The notes beneath the pieces are model-generated. The model made no database searches. It was not told the origin of the DNA and saw nothing but the letters and a program-made list of their open reading frames with translations. Below are positions 54,095 to 64,000 of a stretch of DNA of 64,000 nucleotides, piece by piece. The translations under genes were made by a program, and so were the position numbers. Origin of the DNA: the human T2T-CHM13v2.0 reference genome, Homo sapiens; NCBI RefSeq assembly GCF_009914755.1, contig NC_060933.1; one strand, given 5' to 3'. The stretch's first letter is position 1, and every line of letters begins with the position of its first letter.

Positions 54095-54405
54095 TTTCTT
54101 TCTTTCTTCTTTCTCTTTCTTTCTTTCTTTTTTTCTTTTTCTTTCTGATGGAGTCTCACTCTATTGCCCAGGCTGGAGTGCAGTGACATAATCTCTGCTC
54201 ACTGCAACCTCCAACTCCTACGTTCAAGTGATTCTCCTGCCTCAGTTCCCCCAGTAGGTAGGATTACAGGCATGCACCACCACGCCCAGCTAATTTTTGT
54301 ATTTTTCATAGAGATGGGGTTTCACCATGTTGCCCAGGCTGGTCTTAAACTCCTGACCTCAGGTGATCTGCCAGCCTCAGCCTCCCAAAGTGCTGGGATT
54401 ATAGG
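54022..54405 (-). mobile_element. AluS(x/z) lacking ~20 nt at the 5' end, with (TTTC)n tail
   Basis: Antisense Alu stops at gggattatagg; TSD tttgc(c/a)acct(c/g)tcct(c/t)ct at 54004-54021 and 54406-54423. Confidence 0.92.
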
Positions 54406-54429
54406 TTTGCAACCTGTCCTTCTGTCTCA

Positions 54430-54950
54430 TCCCTCCACCGTCACCAAGTCCTGTTGATTTTACTTTCTAAACCAATTTTTATTCATCTTCAGGCATTTTC
54501 TTTGTGCAGCCTTCACCATCTGTCATCTAGCCTCTAGTCCTGTTTTCTCACTTCCAGCGTCCAGTATAATCCCTTCTTTAAACAATAGCCAGAGTGATCC
54601 TTTATAGATGAAAATCTCATCATATTAGTTGCTTATAGAAAACCATTCATTGCCTATCACTGGCCTCAGGATCCAGTCCAAGTTTTTTGAACAATGTGCA
54701 CATTATGCTCTGGCCAGCAAAAGCAACTGCACTTCTCAAATTATCTATGTGGACTGTTCCACAGGGCCTTTGCACATACTGTTCCCTGTGCTTGAAAACA
54801 TCATCCTTCTCCTAGTCTGAGTGAATCTGTGCTTCTTCATTTTTGAAATCTTCCCAAACTTTTGCCCTCCTCAATTCTCATCTATGTTAGAATTAACCAC
54901 TTATCCCTTGAGGCTCCAAATGGCTGCATGTGTACCTCTATACGGTGTTT
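54430..54950 (+). mobile_element. L2 fragment
   Basis: gtcaccaagtcctgttgattttact...agccagagtgatcctttat...cagggcctttgcacatactgttccct. Confidence 0.8.
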
Positions 54951-56927
54951 GTTAAATTAAGAAATTAAGCTGCCCACAGGACCACTTAGTGGAAAAAAAA
55001 ATCAGCAAATTCATATATTCATTCTTAGCCTTTTTCTTATTATAAGAGGTCCCAAGCACTTAGCATTGAGCAAAAGAAGAAATTCAGAAAATTTCAAGAT
55101 TTACTCCCTTTCTTCAACTAGCTCATGATCTCCATACAGGAGCCTGCTAATTAGACTATATAATTAGTGTCATCATGGAGATCTGAAGAATAATCAAGTG
55201 AGGTGAGATTTTTCATTTTCCTGTGCCATCTGGGGACATCGAAAGCATAACTTTCCGATGTCATATCATGAACAAAACATTTATTCAAGCAAGAGATAGT
55301 CCCATTTATGTTTCTGTGGGACAAAGGCACAGAGTAAGGATGAGCTGTTCATCCTTAAAATCTTGACTGTCCCCATAGAGTCTCAGTTGATGGGCAGGGA
55401 GCAGTAGCCAGCCCTTGCATTCTCCTCTGTGGAAGCTGCTGGCCAGTGGCAGTCCTTTCTACCAGGGCCCCTATTGCCATGAAGGAGGAGGATTCAGGAG
55501 CATATTCAGCCTTTGATGGGCCACCATCTGGAGCTGTCACATTTCTTTCCCCCAGGCAATAAAGGTGTTGTTTGGAGCTTATTAATCCAGAATAACAACA
55601 ACAAAAAGTATATAACTACATGGATAATTTACCTGGCTGGGATGGGAGTTGGCATATGAGTGCTTAACTTTTGAGGTAATGTGACAATTTTTTTTTAGGA
55701 AATGTGAACGGTAGAATAGTTACTCCTCAAGGACATTGAAAACCAATAATAACGAGCACCTTAAAATGGCATATTAGTCTTTGTAGCAACCTTTCTTGTG
55801 CATTGTAAAGATGTACAGTTCCTTGGATTGAAGTCACCCAGAATAGGAGAACATGACTGGTGGGAGTCATGGCATTCCCTGATTATGTCATTATTATTAC
55901 TATTGTTATTATTATTATTATTATTGGGCTTATTCAATTCCTAATGAAATTTCTAGGTCTAAAATGTGTTTCATTAGCATACTTCATCAAAAAGATTTAG
56001 CTGAACTCGTGCTCTCCACAGGAATTGTGAAAGAGTAGATTGGGCACTTATATAATAGGACTCAAGAGACCTGGATTTTGTCCCAGCAAAGCCCAGGGTG
56101 AATTGACATCCCACTCTGTCCCTGCATTTTCCCATCTCTAAGACTGGGATGGGATATATTGGACAAGACAAATTTCTTTCTAGTTCTGCCTTTCTTGGCA
56201 TCTATATTTCCATGAGTTTTATTATCTCAGCTATATCTCTCTTAACAATGATACTATAATAGAATATTATAAGGAAATCATCAGAGAAAGTTCACTAGAG
56301 CATCAAAATTTCCATTGTGTTGATCAGGAACACACAGCTCTGAGTTCTGTGACACTTATAAAGAAGGCCTTATAATCAGCATTAGTGAAATTGGATGTTC
56401 ATTAAAATATTGGTAACATTTCTAAAAATAATGATAGCCACGTCAAGCAGGCCACAGAATATATCCATTACACCACTATGGTGACCGTAAGGTATCAAAT
56501 CAAGTGCATTAATTGTACTTGAGTGGACCAGTTGTCATTATGACCTTGAGATCAGTATTGAGATTGTTGGTAATGATAATCAATAATAATAATTTCTATA
56601 TAGCTTTATAGTACATTTAGAACACTTTTAAATCCAAACATGGTATTTCTCAGTGAGTAAGGAGGGCAAGCTACTCAGAGGTGAGTTATCATCTGACAGA
56701 TATTAGTTGTGTGATGTCAAGGTACAATGGTTATAAAGTTTACAGCATGGTGTCTAGCATAAAGTGAGTGCTTGGTAAAAGTTGGATCAATTGTCATTTT
56801 CATGAGACAGGTAGGCAGGAGGAGAAATAGTTAGATCAATTATCCAAGTGCCCCATTTACCAGATCTCCTTTAGAACCTAATTCTCCTTATTTCTGAGCC
56901 TATGTACTGTTTCTATAACAGTATGTT

Positions 56928-57167
56928 GGAAGGAAGGAAGGAAGGAAGGAAGGAAGGAAGGAAGGAAGGAAGGAGAGGGGAAGGGAGGGGAGGGGAGGAA
57001 AGGAGGGAGGGAGAGAGGGTAAGAGATGGGGAGGGGGAAGGAAGGAAGAAGAAGCAGGGGAAGGGAAGGGAAGGGAAGAGAAGGGAAAGGAAGGGAAGGG
57101 AAAGGAAGGGAAGAGAAGGGAAGGGGAAGGAAAGAGGAAGGGAAAGGGGAAGGAAAGAAAAAAAAAT
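56928..57167. repeat. Polypurine tract starting with (GGAA)11
   Basis: (GGAA)11 at 56928-56971, then (GGAAG/GGGAA)n; almost no pyrimidines over 240 bp. Confidence 0.95.
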
Positions 57168-57399
57168 TGTACAATAAAAAAGGGTCTAATGAAAATATAG
57201 AATATCATCTCTCTTTTTCCCTCATGAAATATAGACTGAGAATGAATGAATCCATTTGGATAGAATGGAATTTCTTGGAACAAGTATTTGTGGTTGGAAT
57301 GGCTCCTGTAAAAGTTGTGTAACTCTCTGTTCATCATTCAGTGGGTTTTGAGCGTTTGAAATGGGCTGGGTGTGGTGTGAGATAGACACCTATCGCAGA

Positions 57400-57620
57400 C
57401 AGCTTCATCTTTAAGCACGTACTCTGTGCCAGGCACCATGCCAAGGGCTTTAGTGCACTATCCCATTTGTGTCTCACAATGGTGTTGAAAAGTGGATAAT
57501 TTTAAGCCTATTTACAGATGAGGAAACAGAGACCAAGTAAGCGCTTAAGTAATTTGCCCCGGGACATGTATCTTTTAAGTGACCGAGCCAGAATTTAAAT
57601 CCACACTTTTTGTACTCCCA
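57400..57620 (-). mobile_element. MIR
   Basis: tactctgtgccaggcacc...tttacagatgaggaaacagaga...taagtaatttgccc. Confidence 0.85.
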
Positions 57621-58299
57621 AGTCTGTTTCTAAGTCACAGAGCTTCTTCTCTAGTCTTCACATCCTGCTTGGCCAGAGAGGACATTTACATAAGAGGCAA
57701 AGCGAAGGAGCTGCCTCTGTGGAGAGACTCCTTTGTATATTGGATCATATCATTTTTATAATTGAGTTCTGTGAAGTGAAGGAGGCATTGTCATTTCCAT
57801 TTCTCAGATAGTGAAACTGAGGTGCAGCTGGGTAGACTGGCTGGCAGGAAGATGAGGGCAGGACAACTGCTCAGGTGCTCTGGGAATGTTTTCTCAGGAG
57901 TTAGCCTTGAGGTTGAGGTAGTGTGGGTTTATTTTCTCCTTTCTGATGACTGGCAAGAAAGGTATTAGTGCAAAGTAGTAAAAGCAAAGTCTCGGTAGTC
58001 AAATGACTTTGGCTGAAACCCTACCATAACCTCCAGGGAGTCAGTCAGCTTCTGCTGGTAAGCCCCAGGCTCTCCATTAGGAAAGCATGGCTAAGAATTG
58101 TGCTTATTTCAAATGGGTGATGAGAAGATTTGATGCTTTAAAGTTTAGCAGTGTGCATTGTCTTAGCAAGCACCATAGAAATTTTAATTAGCACATCATC
58201 ATTGCCATCATCATCATCATCAATTTTACTGTCTAGCAGCAATGGGAACTTGAATTAGCCAGCCAAGATGGAGTCAATTCATGAATTAATATGCACATG

Positions 58300-58500
58300 A
58301 AAAATCCTAGGCTCGCCACCTCTTTTCTGTTTCACCCTAGGTCAGTCACGTGACGCTCCTTCCCCTCTTTGGGCTTCAAAATTCTCATCTCTAAAGTGGG
58401 GCTAATAAAGATTTCTGCTGTTTCACCCCTTTGCAGGGAGGTCCCAATTTTTCAGTGAGGTAATGAAAGAGAAAGTCTTTTTGCAAACTCTAAAGCGGAC
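58300..58500 (+). mobile_element. MIR-like fragment
   Basis: accctaggtcagtcac...ctcatctctaaagtggggctaataa...tgaggtaatg. Confidence 0.6.
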
Positions 58501-58769
58501 TGGGTATATAAAGAGCCTGTGTTGCTAATTCATCTGTAAGTATTTTTCTATTTTTTAAATAACTAACATTCATGCATAAATATACTTTCATTGTGGATAT
58601 AAAAGACAAAAATATAGACAAAACGAAAGTCCTCTGGACTCATTTTTATATGCTTACCCTGGGCTCTCCCAATCTCTTCTTCAGAGGTCCCCCAGTATGT
58701 ACCATCCCAATCCCTGTTTCTGTCATACTCAGTTTGTTGTTGTTGTTATTTAACATTTTGCTTTTCTAA

Positions 58770-59000
58770 TGAAATATGTGGCAAAGTGGTTAAGTGGTGG
58801 GTTCAGGACTCGAACTGCCTGAGTTTGAATTGTAGCTCTATCATATTTTAACAACGTTGATAAGTTGTTTTTCCTCTCCGGTCAATTTTCTTCTCTGTAA
58901 AGTGAGTGCACGAACTCAGGACTTTGTTGTGAGGATTGACTACGTTAATGCAGCACCCAACATTTAGTGATTCTCAGTATATGCTAATAGTGTTATTATT
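58770..59000 (+). mobile_element. Near full-length MIR
   Basis: agtggttaag...aactgcctgagtttgaat...ctgtaaagtg...ttgttgtgaggattga. Confidence 0.8.
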
Positions 59001-60463
59001 GGACAGGTAAGTTAATGAAGACTTGGGTCGTACTTGAATCCTTCACACTTAGCCTGTTGCCAGGTGCCCAGTGGGTGATTGATAAACATTTATTCGGTTG
59101 GTAGAAGAATGCTACATTCATTTTTATCTGAAGATGCCACTAAGGAGTGGGGAAAGCTCAGTAGAACGACTATTAAAATGAAAATAGCCTACATTACTCG
59201 AGTGAAAACTCTGCACCAGACAAGCCCCGAATACTCAGTAAATACTGACTCATTCAACACTCACAGAAACCCTAAACAGTAGATCTTATTATTACTGCTC
59301 TCATTTTATCAGTGAGTGAACTGACTCACAGGTTAAATCTCTTGCACATGGTCATATAGTCTGAATTCAAACCTGGCCAGTGTGTGGCAGGGAGGAACTT
59401 TTGTTCCTGGCACAGGAACTTTTCATTTCTCTCCAATCCTGCTTTTCTACCCATAAAAGTATGTTAACCGACTTCTCATGAAGATGCTGAGTAACCTGGC
59501 TGGTAATAACCACGCAATGGTTTCTCCACTTGTCTATCTGGGTTGCTAGTATTCACTCTCTCCCCTCTAAATGATGAACATCATGATGCAAGACATAAAA
59601 ATCAGTTAATATTGCCTTTGAGAACTTATGCATGACAGTGACCAGACAGTCTGAGAAAGGTGTTGAGATAATTTGGCAGGTTGAAGCCTGATGGGTTGGG
59701 TAAGGCTGCTATCCGGAGAACCACTTCTATACTTAGAGCCTGTTGAACTTCAAGACCTAGCTTACCATCCTGAACTGTGTTCAGAAGTGATACAGAATGA
59801 CTCAAGTGCTGATGAGAATCAGGGAAGAACTGAATGGGAAGGATTCTTAGTAGGCACATAATCCAGGAGTCTTAACAGGATTATCAATGGAATCAGGAAG
59901 GAAATTACCAAGTCTGTAAAATAAGATGTGAAATTGTGTATAAACACGGGGTAATATTCAGAGTCATTTAATAATGTATAGGAAATTGGGTAATGTTTAG
60001 AGTCATTTAATACTGTGCAGTTCATAGAAAACCAACAAATCAGAAAGGACTTTGATTCTATAGAACAGAAAGGACAGTGGTCCCAGAGAACAGCTATACT
60101 AGGGCTTATCTGTTGCCCATAAGACCAGGAACCAGGTCAGTTTCCATTTCCAATGTTCTAACAGGTTCTCAAAGAGAAAAATAAAAGATCTGTCTAAAGC
60201 AACACAGGAATTTAGTGGCAGAAGTGAGACCAGAGCCTGGACTCTTGAGTCCCACTAGAGCTCTTCAATCAGTGTAGTCTGTCCCATGGCCCTTACTGAA
60301 CACTGCAAGAGCAGATCCAAGTGTGAGCTCATCATTTCTCAACATGACATTGTAAAATAAGTTTAAGTTTCCCTTTCTTCTGAGGAGCACAGTGTACTCT
60401 CCATAAACTAGGGCCACTGTCTAAAGTTATTATTATTTATTAACTGTTTGAAATTGGTGGTTT

Positions 60464-60939
60464 CACTATTCACAATAGCAACAATATGGAATCAATGTAA
60501 ATGCCCATCAATGGCAGACTGAATTTAAAAAATGTGATTCATATACACCATAGAGTACTATGCTACCATAAAAAGAAATGAGGTCATGTCTTTTGTAGCA
60601 GCACAGATGGGGCTGGAGGCCATTATTCTAAGCAAACTAATACAGGAACAGAAAACCAGATACTGCAAGTTCTCACTTATAAGTGGGAGCTAAAAACATT
60701 GAGTACATGTGAACACAAAGAAAGGAACCACAGACAATAGGGCCTACTTGAGGGTGTATGGTGGGAGGAGGGTGAGGATAAAAAATATTGGGTACTATGG
60801 TTTATTACCTGGGTGACAAAATAATGTATAAATCGAACACTGCAACACACAATTTACTTATATAACAAAACTGCACATGTACCTTTGAACATAAAAGTTA
60901 TAAAAATACAAAAATAAAAAAGGAAAAAATAATAAAATA
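60464..60939 (+). mobile_element. L1PA15/16-like 3' end
   Basis: ttctcacttataagtgggagcta...gggcctacttgagggtg...ctgcacatgtacc, A-rich tail; TSD aaatt(g/a)gtg(g/t)ttt at 60451-60463 and 60940-60952. Confidence 0.9.
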
Positions 60940-62081
60940 AAATTAGTGTTTTTATGCGTGGTCCAAGTCAGTCCAGGGTCCGTATGCTCCCAGGATTATG
61001 TGATGCTTTCTCTCAATGTTCATTGTAATAGTGTTGCCTATGGACCTAAGTTTGGAGGGCTGGCCACTGTTGGTTCCCTTTATCAGTGAAGTTAAGGACT
61101 GACTTGAGGCACTGCACAGTAAATCTCCAGTTATCATAAAGGAACTTTCAAATTTCTCATTGCTGTAGTTTATCTTAAAGGTTCAGAATATGGACTTTGG
61201 AGCCAATTGTACTTGGTTTTTGATTGTTGCAAATTTATGCAGTAGTCTAAAGATGTTTTTCTTGTCTATAAAATGAAGATAATCATATTACCTGCCTCCT
61301 AGTGTTCTTATAAAGACTAAAAAATGTAATGTATAAACATTCACCCCATAAAACACCAATAAATGTCCACTATTCATAACAAAACTAATAATAATTTTAA
61401 GAATGAAAAATCATGCTAGTCAGCTAGCCAGGCATTAACATATTGTTGGGCACATAATTGACAATAGATAAATAAATAATTATTGATGAATAAATGAATT
61501 ATCATCATCTGCAATAATAGAAGCAGCATTTTAGTAGAAAGCGTATTGGTTAGGAAATTCTCACTTTGGGATGATTTGGATGTGTAACTTTGGGAGAGTC
61601 CTTTCCCCTCTGTGGATCTTTATTTGTAAATTGGGAGTGTTAGATTTAACAAATTGTAAAGCACTTTCTGTTAAAACACACACACACAAAAAAAAAAAAC
61701 TACAATGAGCTGGTGTGTCAGATACTAATGGCTAACTAACATCATCCTTATATACCATCTAGCCAAGTTTATGTCTATGTGACAAGCGAAGTAGCAACAT
61801 AAGGCTGTGCATGACAGTGCTGGCTCAATGGCTTGGGGATTAGGTATGAGAGTTTCAGAAGAGGGAGAGATTAATTCTAATTGGTGGAAGGTATAAGGAA
61901 ACTTTCCTGTAAGAGTCAGGACTTTCTTCAAATGAATTTTAAGAATTTGTAGGACTCAAACTAAGGTGTGGGAGAAGCATGGCAAAATTCTGGAAGTCAG
62001 ACATACCTAAGGGTTATGGAAGTTTCACAGAGTTCACCAAATGTTCACTCAACTCCTAATCAGTATAAAACACAGAGGGTA

Positions 62082-62514
<433 letters not shown>

Positions 62515-62599
62515 CTAAAATACAGGAGGAAGGGATAAAAACTAATCCTCTAGGAATGATTTCTTTTAATGTTTCATCAAGAACAATGTTATGAAGATA

Positions 62600-62822
62600 T
62601 ACGCACTCCATTGAAGTCAAAGCACATAGGTTAGAGTTCTGCTTTGAACATATATCTTCTAGTTAGGTGATTCTGGGTAAATTGCTGCCTCTTTCTGAAC
62701 CTGAGTTTCCTATCTTTTCAAACAGACAGCAAAACCTACCTATTTGAGTTGCTGTGAGGATGCAGGTTAGGTCCACGCATGGCACAGAGAAGGGGCTCAG
62801 CAAGTCATGCTATTCCCAATTG
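62600..62822 (+). mobile_element. MIR
   Basis: gtgattctgggtaaatt...ctgaacctgagtttcct...gttgctgtgaggat...tggcacaga. Confidence 0.75.
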
Positions 62823-63254
62823 CTATAGATTGAGCTCATCACAAAGCATTGCTGAATTAGTTTCCCATGAGAAAGTCTTCACTGAAGAAAAATTAATTGC
62901 ACGCCTTCAATCTCAGTTGATATAAAAGTGGCCAATTAGACAGAGATTCTGCAATTTCTGGAAAAAATTAAAAAAAAAAAAAAACAGATCTGAAAGCATT
63001 GTCCATTATATGACTCAAGGCCTCTTCTCAAATAAACCACAAGATACATTTGTCCTGGAATTAAGCAGAAGGGGTTATCAAACGTTTCATTTTCCACTCA
63101 ACAAAACACTGCAACATGTACTGAATGAAGAGAACGCCCACCATGGCCCATTTCTGATTTCTCTCAAAGCTTCCTCTTCCAGGGGATTATCGAGATACTT
63201 TCCTGATTAAAATTTAAAACAATAGCAAGATTAAAGGTGGATTAGAGGCAGGCC

Positions 63255-63495
63255 AGCCAAACAGCTAAGAATGTGAACTTTGGAGAGAGATAGCCTTGGT
63301 TCAAATGTGTCATGGAATCTCACCAACTTTTTAAAAATCTCAGTATTTTCAGCTTCATTTTTTTAATCTGAAAAATTGAAGAAAATAAGAAACATTACAG
63401 ATTATAATTTGAGGATTAAATGAATGTAAAATTAAATATATGTAACCAATCAGAATAGTGTCTGTCACACTAAATCATAGCTAATTATTATTACT
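63255..63495 (+). mobile_element. MIR
   Basis: taagaatgtgaactttggag...ggttcaaat...tgaggattaaatgaa...tagtgtctgtcacac. Confidence 0.75.
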
Positions 63496-64000
63496 AAAGG
63501 AATAATAAATGAAATTTATAAAATAATATGCCTTTTTACAATTTTTTTAAAGCATGCAATGTAAATTAGTGGTCTTCATCTTTAATTAAAATTCTATGCA
63601 TAAGAAATGCCTTGGGCACCTGAGACTAACAAAATAGGGCACCTTGGCATGAGTCAAAGGACCAGGGTTGCAATGCAGACGTTTCTGTGTTAGTTTCCTA
63701 GTCTTAAACCTGCAGGAAGCTTAAGAGAGAACCCTAGTTGATTCTAAGCCAACCACTATTGGACACAAAAATTTCAAAAACATACAGAGGAAAACATCCT
63801 GAGGTCACCGTCTTCACTTCTAGCCTCAGAGGTCCCTGACTCCCAACCCCCTACCTCCAGCTCAGGCAAACAATCTGATCACCAGCTTTCTTTCTGTGCA
63901 GCTCTAAACTCAGAACAGCAATAAGTAAATCACCGTATTAATTTTTGTTTCCGAAGGATCTTGGAGATTCTCAAAACTACTCTGGGCTGTGGGTAAATTT

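Noticed and set aside
53965-54189. KERK / FFLS low-complexity ORFs (also 56878-57337 and 45522-45868)
   Set aside because: Translations of (TTTC)n, (GGAA)n and GA-rich tails.
55518-55537. CTCF-like / E-box sequence gggccaccatctggagctg
   Set aside because: Mismatches at key CTCF core positions on both strands; a lone E-box is not informative.

Overview
AT-rich anthropoid (probably catarrhine, possibly human) genomic DNA, intronic or intergenic. The primate assignment rests on AluY/S/J elements, L1PA, THE1 and a BC200 retrocopy. I find no intact protein-coding gene, tRNA, rRNA or CRISPR array. The only ORFs with real protein homology are broken LINE-1 ORF2 pieces (endonuclease, RT, C-terminal Cys-rich domain); the rest are translated Alu, LTR or microsatellite sequence, or chance ORFs. 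The window is dominated by layered transposon fossils: a full THE1 provirus with a perfect 5-bp TSD, several nested L1 complexes, a BC200 retrocopy, MLT1/LTR16 LTRs, MER2/MER102, L2/L3 and roughly 30 MIR fragments. I see no new gene system. The most unusual signals are mechanistic scars: (1) a 67-bp, 97%-identical copy of an L1's own 3' junction pasted near its 5' end, 2.8 kb away; (2) a twin-primed inverted L1PA with about 70 bp of foreign filler at the inversion point, nested in an older L1 that also looks inverted; (3) three short candidate 3' transductions; (4) a BC200 retrocopy head-to-head with an AluSp. Several motif clusters are candidate regulatory sites. Subfamily names come from my recall of consensus sequences and need RepeatMasker/Dfam confirmation. 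Boundaries of old repeats are approximate.
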